Part shown: piece after piece, positions 10,895-22,012 of the stretch | Layout of the letters: every line of letters begins with the position of its first letter | Numbering within the stretch: the first letter of the stretch is position 1 | NCBI GenBank assembly: GCA_963842685.1 | Contig: CAWJHT010000066.1 | Span: 11,281 to 75,280, forward strand | DNA from: an uncultured delta proteobacterium | GTDB lineage: Bacteria; Desulfobacterota; Syntrophia; Syntrophales; UBA5619 | Direction: 5' to 3' | Length of the DNA: 64,000 nucleotides | Translations under genes and position numbers: made by a program | Notes under the pieces: generated by a model | The model's input: the letters and a program-made list of their open reading frames with translations, nothing else | The model's database searches: none | Told to the model about the DNA's origin: nothing

Positions 10895-12279
10895 TTATTC
10901 CCCACCCTCTGTCATTCCATACTCATTCACTTTGTTCCAGAGAGTTCGAACACTGATACCCAATAGTTTTGCAGCCTTTGTCTTATTGCCGTCGACCCTG
11001 GTCAATGTGTCACAGATCAATTCTTTTTCGATGTCCTTTAGTGTTTTGGTTGAATGCAATGGCGTCATGTCAAGAATTGGCGGGAGCTCCAATTCGCGCG
11101 GTTGACCTGCTTCGGTATCATCAAGGGATTCAAGGCAGAGGGATTCCTGAGTGATATAACCCACCATCCGTCATTAATACCGCTCTCTCGATGATGTTTT
11201 CCAACTCTCTGACATTACCTGGAAAGGGGTATGTCTTCAAAAAAGAAGCCGCCTTGTCCGAGAGAATAGGTTTTTTAACGCCTTTTTCCTTACCGCATTT
11301 TTCTAGAAAATGATCAGCCAAGTACAAAATGTCATCATTTCTCTCCCTGAGTGGCGGAATTTTGACGGGTATCACATTAAGTCGGTAGTAAAGGTCGCCA
11401 CGGAAGGTTTTATTGGTGATGGCGGAAGTAAGATTGATATTGGTTGTGGATATAATCCTCACATCAATGGGAATAGGGGAACTTCCGCCAAGACGGTCCA
11501 CTTCCGATTCCTGAATGACCCTCAGAAGTTTTGCCTGCAAGTGAATTTCCATTTCACTGACCTCATCAAGGAGTAGATGTTCCTGTGTGGGCCATCTCGA
11601 ATTTTCCCAACTTTCTTTGTGACGCACCGGTAAAAGCCCCCTTTTCATAACCAAACATTTCACTTTCGAGCAGGTTGTGAGGAATGGCTGCGCAATTAAC
11701 GGCAACAAAGGGCTGGTTTCGACGATGACTATGCTCATGGACATATCTCGCTAGAAGTTCCTTTCCCGTGCCGCTTTCGCCTTGAATCATAATGCTGGAT
11801 TTACTTTTTGCAACATTCTTGAGCATATCCATAATAGCGATCAATTTAGGGTCTTTGGTGATAATTCTTTGCGTGGCATGAAGGACTTGCTGATTTTTTG
11901 ACGCTTCCATTTTGGATGTACTTAGAACATTCTTGACTATGGCTTCGAGATCATCCAACGAAAATGGTTTCATGATGAACTCTGCGGCCCCCTCCTTCAT
12001 GGCCTCAACGGCTGTGTTGACGGTACCGTATGCCGTTATAAGGATGACCGGAACATCGGGAGACAATTTTTTGACACCTTGTAAAACTTCAATGCCTGAC
12101 ATCTCCGGCATTTTCATATCGGTCACGACTAAGTCGAATTTTCTTTTACTGAACAGATTGAGCGCTTCGCTGCCGTTTTCTGCAGCGCTTATATCATAAC
12201 CACAGCTTTCAAGAGATTCCGCAAGGGCAAGTCTCATTGCATGATCATCATCTACAATGAGGATTCTATTTTTCTTCAT
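10895..12279 (-). CDS. sigma-54-dependent response regulator, FleR/FlrC-like (frameshifted)
   Basis: Receiver (VDDD, TDMKMP, KPF), GESGTGKE, GAFTGA, FRGDLYYRL, PGNVRELEN, Fis HTH. Confidence 0.92.
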
Positions 12280-13355
12280 GCTCTCCTTTCATATTCTCAA
12301 TAGGATCATTGATCTTGTCGAGTTCTGATGTTCCTCTTCTGACCAGAGGAAAGGAAAGAACAAAGGCAGTTCCGACATTTACCAGGTATTCAACCCTTAT
12401 ATATCCTTTATACATATTTACAATATTGTGTACGATGGCAAGTCCAAGACCCCAATTTTTCTCCTTTGTGCGGGACAGACGATTTAATATGTCGGACCTC
12501 ATCGTCTCCGGAGTAGATTCGCTCTTTTCTATGAAAGAGATTTCAATCATCCGATCACTCTTCAAGATGATGGGTTATGATATCAAGGCGGCTGGTTTCC
12601 TGCAGGACATTAAGTATAAGATTCAGAAAAACCTGTTTCATCATATCGGGATTGCATTCTATAACGGGCTCAATGTCTGCGTACTGAGCCGATAAGATAA
12701 CCGTTCCTCCATCTATGATCTTTTCCGAAAAAAGCAGGATCTCCTTCAAGACATCGTGAATATTTACGTTCGTGACTGGAATCTGTTTTGTTTTGGAAAG
12801 ATGGATCAGTTGCGAAATTTTATTTTCCATGGTCTTGACGGCAGCTATGATCTGATTAGCCCGATTGATGTCCTTTTTCCGTTTTGATTCTTTTTTGAGC
12901 AGGGAAGCAAGAAGTTCGATGCTTCCCAAAGGATTTCTGATTTCATGGGCCATATCGGCTGAAAGTTCTCCCATGACGGTATACTTTTCTTTATTTCTTT
13001 CAAGAGCCTGATTATTTTCTATTTCTGTGATGTCTCTTAGAGTAATGACCGATCCCAACAAGGCTCCTTTTCTCCCATTGAACGGTCCACCCGATAATTC
13101 CAATATTTTTTCTTTATGCGTGATTTTTATACTGTCTGTTTTTCCGAAATGCTCGGTATGAAATATATTCTCTATAGGGAGGGAATCCTGGACCCCCAAT
13201 AGGGTAAGGAAATGTTCTTTTATGAAGGATTTATCTGTAATATTCAGGATTGATTTTGCATAGTTGTTCATGGTTAGTATATACCCGTACAGATCAGTGA
13301 CCACGACTCCTATGGGAATACTTTCAAAAATATGAACATAACTATTGGTTATCAT
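12266..13355 (-). CDS. PAS-HisKA-HATPase sensor, FleS-like, with degenerate ATP-binding motifs (frameshift near 12560)
   Basis: PAS N-term, AHEIRNPLG H-box, QVFLNLILN N-box, WGLGLAIV. Confidence 0.85.
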
Positions 13356-13469
13356 GGTTTAAGCTTCAATCCACTGAAGATGTTCTTAAGTTGCAGTCTG
13401 ATAATTGCATTTTTGTATGAGAATAGTATTCCCTCATCCGTTGAAAAGACTCCTGCTTTGTGATGTCTG

Positions 13470-14992
13470 TTATTTCTCTGCAGGTGCCCGATATTTTTGA
13501 TTCCACCTGTCCTCTTCGAGAGCATATTCCGTTATTTTGGACCAGAATTGATCTCCGTCAGAATTTTTTAAATCAGAGAAGGTCTGTTCAGCCTTTGTGA
13601 TATTATTTGTGCTAAGATATTCCCGTCCAGATTGGAATTTGTTCCATTTTGCATCCGATGGCAGCTGAACCATCAAACCGATGGCTCTTTTTTTCTCAAT
13701 TTCTGCTACTGCTTTATCAAGGTCAGCAGATGTTTTCCCCATGGCACTTTTTTTGAGGGTACTGAGAATGTTTAATGAATCATCATGAAGACCTAAGTAG
13801 GATAGACTGGATAAGGATTTCGACAGGGTCTCAACATCTTCTGTAGTGATCAATCGATTTTTCCACCCGTGAATGAATAGATTTGCTACAGAAATATGAT
13901 CGCCTAATCCGCTGTATTGATTTATTAAAACGGCAGTGCTGTCTTTTAACATCGCGATGACTTCTTTACGGTATGCGGTATTGGGGAATTTATTTAAAAA
14001 GTCTGCCTGCGCTTCTCTGGCTTGCTCGTAATGCTTGAGCTTCCATAAAACAAGGCCCTTTTGATATTGAATATGTTCAATCATAGGTAATGGGACGTTT
14101 TTTAAAAGAACGGTATCGTATGCGGAAATGGGATCCTTGACATATTCAGCACCTTTCTTGCTGATGGGATAATGTAAACGAGGATTGTTAACGCTTATGT
14201 CCGCCATCGCGACGATACTGAACAATGATTCCGGGCTGTCAGGATATTGTTCGATGATCCGGCTGTAGACGTCTAAAGCGGATTTTGGTCTTTTCATCTG
14301 TTCCAAACTCTTGCCTATGATAAGCAGCGCAGCTGCGCGTTGTTGACTTTTGGGTGTAAGACTTGCATATTTGGAAAGTGAGCTGACCGTACCTTCATGA
14401 TTTCCTTCATGATAGCTCTGCATTCCCACCTTTAAAAAATCTTCCTCCATACCTGTCGATTGCTTCTGCATGTTCCGGTAATTTGTTTGAGATTTCAGAT
14501 CGATTGCTTAGGAATATCAGACGATGGTTTCGTGTCTTCCAGTGGTTTAGTTGATTTAGGGATTTTCCCCACCGTTGAAATGGGGGGCCGAGTCGGAAGA
14601 TGTGTTGGGATATCGGGATGTTTTGCTATGATATTTCCGGACGGCAAAGAGGGAGCTCTTTTCGTTTTCTGTTGATCAGTAAGATGATTTCCCTGCATAA
14701 TCTGCTGTTTGTCAACAGCGTATTTGATAAGAAATGCATCTGTATACGTCATTTTTAATTGCTTTAATAATGATAAGGCTTTTGTTTTCGATTGATAAGC
14801 GCCAATGCGGACGAAGTAGGCGTTATTTATTTTCTCGATTCTTACCTCATGATGATCTTTCAGCTTTTCATACTCATAAACGGCGTTTTCAAATTCCCTG
14901 GCCATCAATACCTGGACAGCATATATCTGATCGTCAGCATATGCGAATGTAGTCAAAGACAAATATGTGATTGCAAAAACAATGATTTTCAA
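13470..14992 (-). CDS. Secreted SPOR-domain + TPR protein (likely one gene split by an indel near 14495)
   Basis: Signal peptide, YAVQV..YFVRIGAY..DAF SPOR motif, Pro-rich linker, then TPR repeats (IIEQYPDS, FLNKFPNT). Confidence 0.7.
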
Positions 14993-15026
14993 TGGTCCTC
15001 CCGGCGATGAATATTACTTGTCATTA

Positions 15027-15042
15027 AGCAAAATATATGCCG
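15027..15042 (-). promoter_or_regulatory. sigma-54 promoter for SPOR-TPR/sensor/regulator operon
   Basis: Minus strand CGGCATATATTTTGCT (GG-N10-GC). Confidence 0.75.
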
Positions 15043-15159
15043 AAAATAATGATTAATCTAAAAGATGTTTTAAATGATTTGAAGTCTAGGTAAAACTACA
15101 CAGAGATTCCAGGAGAAACCAATCTTGATTTGATCATTTTGATTGTGTTGTTGTTTTTA

Positions 15160-15175
15160 TGGCATTTCCCTTGCA
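15160..15175 (+). promoter_or_regulatory. sigma-54 promoter for PilZ-motA-motB
   Basis: TGGCATTTCCCTTGCA (GG-N10-GC). Confidence 0.75.
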
Positions 15176-15355
15176 TGATTTTATCGTACATTTATGAGAC
15201 AAACCCTGTTCTTCGTTGCTTATATGTTTTTGAGGTCCGTGTTGGATAGTTTTTCTGTTTAATGTGGGTGGGGTGCTATTGCTGTGACATTTCCAAGCGG
15301 GAGGGACGGCATCTCGTTGTGTTTTGTATGGCGGAGTAAGGTTCAATGGGAATGA

Positions 15356-15896
15356 ATGAAATTGTTGAAGAACAGACATCAGAGGCGTGATTATTCAAGG
15401 GTGGATGCATACATCCCTTTCGATTATCGGATAGTGGCTGATGATGAAAAAGATCACATTCAGGCGCGAATTTCTGGCAATACCGCCACGACCGAATTTA
15501 GACCGATTCAGGACTATGGGGGATTATGATTATATATTTGGAGAGTGGCTTAAAATATTAAATGCAAAGCTCGATACAGTCATTCGTCTCATGACTCTTC
15601 AACGTGAAGGATATTTTGGACTTCCTTTCAAGACGGTTAATATTAGCGGGGGAGGGATGAGCTTCTCATTGACGGAAGCTATTCCTCTCGGTGAGATTCT
15701 GGAAATCAAGATCATGCTCACATGGAATCAACCCGTTGCTATGTCCATCTATGGTGAGGTAACAAAGTCTGAAAAAAGACATGACAGTTATTTTACTGCA
15801 GTTCGTTATGTTCATATGGATTCCTCCGTGAGGGATGAAATCATCCGATTTGTTTTTGAAAGAGAAAGAGAAATCATCCGGGAAAAAAGGAGATAG
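15356..15896 (+). CDS. PilZ-domain c-di-GMP-binding protein (frameshift near 15515)
   Basis: Upstream frame MKLLKNRHQRRDYSRVD (RxxxR) joined to NISGGGM (N/DxSxxG) and RDEIIRFVFERER. Confidence 0.82.
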
Positions 15897-15902
15897 TCAT
15901 CG

Positions 15903-16757
15903 ATGTTTTTTATTATAGGGGTCATCGTCGTGCTCGCTGCCGTCATTGGCGGCTATATACTGGAGCATGGAAATCTTTCTCTCCTTTACCAGCCGGTTGA
16001 ACTGTTAATTATCGGCGGCGCAGCTCTAGGTTCATTTCTGATCAGTAATCCATTGAAGATCATCAAGGCGACAGTAGGATCGCTCTTGGGTATTTTTTCA
16101 GACTCATCCTACTCTAAAGAGGACTACATTGATGCCTTGATGCTGCTAAACGGCGTATTTTACAAAATCAGACAGCAAGGTCTTGTCTCCATCGAGTCCG
16201 ATGTCGATGATCCCGAAAAGAGTTCTCTGTTTAATAAGTATCCAAAAATATTAAAAAATCATCGAGCGATACACCTCATCACGGATACGTTGCGAATCGT
16301 GATGACCACCACTATTGCAACACATGAGCTGGAGGCGCTGATAGACACGGAACTGGAAACGTATCACGAGGAGGTCTTATCGCCGTCCAAGGCGATCACC
16401 TCTGTGGCAGATGCCCTTCCTGCACTCGGTATTGTTGCCGCAGTTTTGGGAATCGTGCTCACAATGGGAAAAATGAAAGAGCCTCCCGAAGTTCTGGGGC
16501 AGAGCATCGGTGCGGCAATGGTAGGAACATTTCTCGGTGTGTTGTTGAGTTATGGATTTGTCGGCCCGATTGGGACAAATCTTGCGCATGGTGCCGGAGA
16601 GAAGATGAATTACTTAAGTGTTCTGAAAGTCGCTTTGATCTCTTTTCTTGGCGGATCAGCACCGAAAGTGGCCGTTGAATTCGGTCGACGGGTCATTCCG
16701 GAGAATGTCCAACCCTCTTTCGCTGAAATTGAAGAATCGCTTCGTCAAAAGAAATAA
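15903..16757 (+). CDS. motA: Flagellar stator A subunit, E. coli-like H+ type
   Basis: QPVELLIIGGAA, LPALGIVAAVLGIV, GTFLGVLLSYG, AVEFGRR. Confidence 0.95.
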   Translation: MFFIIGVIVVLAAVIGGYILEHGNLSLLYQPVELLIIGGAALGSFLISNPLKIIKATVGSLLGIFSDSSYSKEDYIDALMLLNGVFYKIRQQGLVSIESDVDDPEKSSLFNKYPKILKNHRAIHLITDTLRIVMTTTIATHELEALIDTELETYHEEVLSPSKAITSVADALPALGIVAAVLGIVLTMGKMKEPPEVLGQSIGAAMVGTFLGVLLSYGFVGPIGTNLAHGAGEKMNYLSVLKVALISFLGGSAPKVAVEFGRRVIPENVQPSFAEIEESLRQKK

Positions 16758-16759
16758 TT

Positions 16760-17524
16760 ATGGAAGATCGTTCAAAAATCATCATTCGCAAAGTGAACAA
16801 AAAATCACATGGAGGGCATCACGGCGGCGCATGGAAGGTTGCCTATGCGGACTTCGTAACAGCCATGATGGCCTTTTTTCTCCTCCTCTGGCTGCTGTCC
16901 ATGACTTCACCTGAACAAAGGATTGCACTGTCTCAATATTTTAATTCTTTCAGCCTCTTTAAGGATAAGGCTCAACAATCTGGTACGTCCATTTTGGACA
17001 AATCAACCGGTGTTTTAAATGCAGGACGGTCCGTGCAGAGTGAATCGACGAGGATGAGAGTGGAAAAAAAAGCCAATCCTGAGGAATTGGCAAAGATGAT
17101 GCGTGGCGCGATTGACAATAAGTTGCAGGCTATGAAAAATCAGGTTTTGATTGAAACGACCAAAGAGGGTCTTAAAATTCAGATTGTCGATAACGAAGGT
17201 AGTGAGATATTTCGCTCCGGAAGTGATGAACCGACGGAAAAAGCGCGCCAGATCATCAGGTTGGTTTCCGAAAACCTCAGAGAAAAACCAAACCGCATCG
17301 TCATTGAGGGTCATACGGACTCTGCTCCCTTCAAGAGCGCCCAGAAAACGAACTGGGAGCTGTCCACCTCAAGGGCATCTGCGGCCAGAAGGGAGCTTGA
17401 AAACAATGGGATTGATCCTAACCGGATCGCCAGAGTCGTCGGTTATGCTGATCAGGATCCTCTTATCAAAGAAGATCCTAAAGACCTCAGAAATAGACGA
17501 ATAAGCATTATTCTTTTACCATAG
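16760..17524 (+). CDS. motB: Flagellar stator B subunit
   Basis: HHGGAWKVAYADFVTAMMAFFLLLWL, EGHTD, NWELSTSRA, NRRISI. Confidence 0.96.
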   Translation: MEDRSKIIIRKVNKKSHGGHHGGAWKVAYADFVTAMMAFFLLLWLLSMTSPEQRIALSQYFNSFSLFKDKAQQSGTSILDKSTGVLNAGRSVQSESTRMRVEKKANPEELAKMMRGAIDNKLQAMKNQVLIETTKEGLKIQIVDNEGSEIFRSGSDEPTEKARQIIRLVSENLREKPNRIVIEGHTDSAPFKSAQKTNWELSTSRASAARRELENNGIDPNRIARVVGYADQDPLIKEDPKDLRNRRISIILLP

Positions 17525-17549
17525 TCCTCTCTATCGTACTCGGCATGTT

Positions 17550-18910
17550 TCATGTAAATGACTTCAGTATCCCGTTCAGGACACCCTCGATGTTGCTGCG
17601 GATGGCAATGAGGCGTTCTTCTGATGCGGCTTCGAAACGGAGCACAAGGACCGGCTGGGTGTTGGAGGCCCTCAGCAGTCCCCAGCCATCGCCGAAAGGT
17701 ACCCGGACGCCGTCGATCGTGATGATATCATGGGTCTTCCGGTAGTGCTCCTTGACGGCCTCAACGACACGGAACTTGATCCGGTCGGGGCAGTCCACAC
17801 GGATCTCGGGGGTCGTGAAGGTCCGGGGTACATCGGCGAGGAGTTCACTCAGTTTCATTCCGGATTCCGAAAGGATCTCGAGCAGTCGGAGGGAGGCATA
17901 GATCGCGTCGTCATAACCGAAATACCGGTCGGCGAAGAAGATATGTCCGCTCATCTCTCCGGCGAGGAGTGCCTTCTCTTCTTTCATTTTTCCCTTGATC
18001 AGCGAGTGACCGGCCTTCCACATGATCGCCCGTCCGCCGTTCTTCGCGATGTCGTCGTAGAGCTTCTGCGAGCATTTGACCTCGCCGATGATCGCTGCGC
18101 CGGGATTCTTCTTCAGGATGAATCGGGAAAAAAGGAGGAGCAGCTCGTCGCCCCAGAGAACATCTCCGCGGTCGGTGATCACGCCGATCCGGTCGGCGTC
18201 TCCGTCGTAGGCGATACCGGCGTCCGCCTTCTCGTCGCGGACCAGGCGGATCAATTCCCGGAGATTTTCCGGGATGGTTGGATCGGGAAAATGGTTGGGG
18301 AAGCGGCCGTCCGGAGTCGCAGTAGAGATCGGTCACATGGCAACCGTAGCGTCGGAGCAGGGGGAGGGCGAAGAAACCGCCAACGCCGTTGCCTCCGTCA
18401 ACGATCACTTTCAAGCCCTTTCCGACCGAGACATTCCGGAAAAGATAATTTTGGTACGCGCCGGAGATTTCCTCCCGCCGAATACTTCCTTCTTTGCCGG
18501 TGGTATAGGCCTCATTCTCGATGATCCGCCGCAGTTCCTGGATCTCCTCTCCGTAGATCGTATCCGGACCGATGCAGATTTTGAAGCCGTTGAAGTCAGG
18601 CGGATTATGGCTTCCCGTAACCATGACGCCGCCGTCCACCCCGAAATGGCGGATAGAGAAATAGAGCATAGGGGTGGCGCACAGGCCGATATCGGTCACA
18701 TCGACACCGGCGGCCATGATTCCTCTGCTGACGGCATCCTGATAGGCTTCCGAACTGAGACGACAGTCCCGGCCCAGGGTCATCTTCCGGACATCGTGCC
18801 GCATGGCATAGGTGCCGATCGCCCGGCCCAAGAGGATAAACCAAATCAGGGTTCAGATCCCTGTCGACGACACCGCGGACATCATACTCCCGAAAGACTT
18901 CAGGATTCAT
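17550..18910 (-). CDS. Phosphomannomutase/phosphoglucomutase (frameshifted)
   Basis: FREYDVRG, TGSHNP, DGDADR, GEMSGH, RASNTQP. Confidence 0.93.
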
Positions 18911-18916
18911 TACACC

Positions 18917-19959
18917 TCACAACTGTCTCAGGGTTTCAAGATTGACATGGGTCCGGACCATCTGTTCTATCAGGGCGATTTTTTCGCTGTCATTTTTTGT
19001 CAGACAGGGATTCCATCTCTTCGATCTGTCTTGCGATCTCGTAGGTGTCCGCAGAAACGAGGAGGAGGGGGATCTCCAGTCGGGCGGCCTGTGTGATGAG
19101 GCTGGATGACGGCAGGATGTTGTTGGTCAGGATGACCGCTGCGGCCTTGCTCTCCAGGGCGGCGACGATCATGTCGCTCCGGTCGCCGCTCGTGATGACG
19201 ACCTTGCTTTCCTCCTGGAAGAGGGGATTCTTCAGGGCGGCGTCGGCCGACATCGAACCGATGAAGATGTTCTTGACGGTGCGGTTCAGGTTTTCTTCTC
19301 CGGTGATGATCTTGGCGAACAGACGGTCGGCCAGATAACTGACGGAGAAATAGGGAAGTTCCTTGTAATAGGGGATGACGCCGAGCACATCGATGCCGTG
19401 CTGTTTGATCTCGGGAGCCGCGTATCGCAGAAATCGGCTACGTTGGCCACCTTGTTGATGATGACTCCTTTGATCCGAACCTGACCCGGCTGGATGTATT
19501 TTTTCAGAAAGATCAGGTCATCGAGGATCGTATCCTCATCGCCGCTTGCCACGACGATCAGCTGGGCATCGAGCTGCCCGGCAACCGAGAGGGCGTCCAG
19601 GTGGACGGAGGCGCCATAGGTGATGTCCTTTCCGCATTCGGCGAAGAAAAGCTCTTTTCCTGTCCCGACGCTGGCCAGAAGTTCGTGAAGCTTTTCCCGC
19701 GTGGTCTTTTCGTCCAGCATGTAGATGAAGCTTCGAGTGGTGAAAACCGATGCTCATGTCCTCCGGGTTCTCCTCCAGACCGAAGATATTGGTGATCAGG
19801 GCGGCGTCATAGTCCCAGAGTCTCTTTTTGCGGTAAAGAAATCGTTCTCCCGAACGGTTTGATATAACCGATCTTCCGGTTCAAGGCCTTCGTGATGCCG
19901 ATGATGATGCTTGTTTTGCCTGCACTCTGACGCAGGGATGTAACCACGAACTTATCCAT
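18917..19959 (-). CDS. BioD-like/AAA_26 + DRTGG protein (phosphotransacetylase N-terminal-like; frameshifted)
   Basis: MDKFVVTS..GKTS start, GVIINKV, LGVIP, VITSGDRSD; no PTA catalytic domain. Confidence 0.8.
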
Positions 19960-21850
19960 CTATTTCACCTCTCCTATGAAGGCCATTTTCAAATCGTATA
20001 CGCCGGCGTCACTTTTTTTCTTGATGTCGAAGCCTCCTTTTTCAAAAACATGCAGCATCGGCTTGTTGTCGATGAGGACCTCGGCGGTGAAGCCCAAAAG
20101 CCCTTCCCGTCTTGGCAAGATAGGTCAGATAGGAGAGCATTTCCGTCCCGATGCCGCGGTTATGATAATCGTCGCGAATGGCAAAGGCGACCTCCGCGGT
20201 ATGGGATTCCTCATCGATGCCGTATTGTCCCACACCGACGATCAGCTCATTTTCCGCAGAACCGATGATGGCCAGGATGACCACTTCTCTGGTGTAATCG
20301 ATGATGACAAAATCCTGCAGACGTTCGTGCGGCATGTCCTTGCGCATGGAAAGAAAACGACGGTTCAGACTCCTGTCGGACAGGGAATAGAAGAAGTCTT
20401 TGATCAGGGGTTCATCGCTGATCTTGACGGGACGGAGGAAGATCTGCAGTCCCGTTTTCGTCGTCCGGTGGGTTTCGAGGTTTTCCGGATATTCGCCCCT
20501 CTTTCCCGGGATGAAGGCCTGATCCCGGTAGATAATCCCCCGTTTTTTCGCCTCCTCGATGAGCCAGGGCCGGAATTTCGGATGGGCAATGGAAATGAGC
20601 GACATCGCCCTTTCCCGGATGTTTTTCCCGTGGAGATAGGCGATGCCGTATTCGGTGACCACATACCGGACATCTCCCCGGTTCAGCGTGATTCCCGCCG
20701 ATTCCTGCAGAGAGGGAACGATCCGGGAGATCGGTATCATTCCTGGCCGTGGATTTCATCGCGAGGATGGTCCGGCCGCCTTTGGACAGCAGGGCGCCCC
20801 GCATGAAATCCTGATGACCGCCGATGCCGCTGTAGAATGTGCCGCCGATCGAATCCGATGTGGCCTGGCCGGTGAGATCGATTTCCAGGGAGCTGTTGAT
20901 GGCGACCATGTTGTCCTGCTGGGCGATGTTGAGCGGGTCGTTCGTATAATCGATGGTCCGAAAGAGAATGGAGGGGTTGTCGTTGAGGAATTCGTAGGTT
21001 TCCTTCTTCCCCATGCGAGAAAGCGGCGACTGTCATCCGCGGATTCAGTTTTTTCCGGGAATTGTCGATGACCCCGGCCTTGATCAGGTCCACCAGGCCA
21101 TCGCTGAGGAGTTCGGTATGCACCCCCAGATGCTTTTTGTTGAACAGGTTGGCCATGACCGCGTTCGGCAATCCTCCATATCCGACCTGGATGGTGTCGC
21201 CGTCCTGAACGAGCCTGGCGACGTAGTTGCCGATGCGTTGCGTCGTCTCATTCAAGGGAATTGCCGGGAGTTCCAGGAGGGGCTCGTCGTGACGGATGAT
21301 GAAATTGACATCCTTGATGTGGATGAACCCGTCACCGTGAACACGGGGCATGTGTTGCATTGACCTGGGCAATGATCATGGATGCCTTGTCCGTCGCGGC
21401 CTTGACCATGTCCACACTGATACCGAGACTCAGATAGCCGTGTTCATCGGGAAGAGAAGTCTGCACCAGCGCCACATCGATTTGCACCGAACCGCTCTTG
21501 ATCAGGGCCGGCACGTCGGAAAGGGAGACGGGGGTGTAGTCGGCCATTCCCTGGTTGACGGGACCGCGGGTGTTGTTTCCGATAAAAAACGAGTTGTGGC
21601 GGAAGTTGCGTTTGAATTTTGGATCGGTATACGGCGCTATGCCGAAGGAATAGACATGGATGATCTCTGTGTCAAAAAAGGCCTTGGGGTGGGATTCCAC
21701 ATAATTGACCATCGCCCGGACAAGATACTGAGGCTCACCGCACCCTGAGGCGACAAAGATGTGATCACCGCGACGGATGTGACTGAAAACAACTTCTTCC
21801 TCGGCGAACTTTTCAGGGTACAGATTTTTCCAGTCTTCCAGCGATTTCAT
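19960..21850 (-). CDS. Acetyl-CoA hydrolase/CoA-transferase fused to C-terminal GNAT (frameshifted)
   Basis: GCGEP, SLGISVD, LGVHTE, IDLTGQ, SGIGGHQDF, VVTEYG, IAHPKFR, then GNAT AEVAFAIRDDYHNRGIG. Confidence 0.9.
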
Positions 21851-21922
21851 CTTGCTTTCCGAAACGATCCGAAGCACGTCTTAACGTGGTTCGGATAAAG
21901 GGAATATATTTGTTAACAAAAC

Positions 21923-21952
21923 ATACTAACCATTATACTCTTCCTCTGTCAA
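21923..21952 (-). promoter_or_regulatory. sigma-70-like promoter
   Basis: Minus strand TTGACA-N18-TAGTAT; TTTGTTAACAAA palindrome at 21909-21920 just downstream. Confidence 0.45.
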
Positions 21953-22012
21953 GAAAAACTGGATATGAATAGGAGCTTCAATCTGCAAGCCAAGTCCTGA
22001 GATCGGGGAGGT

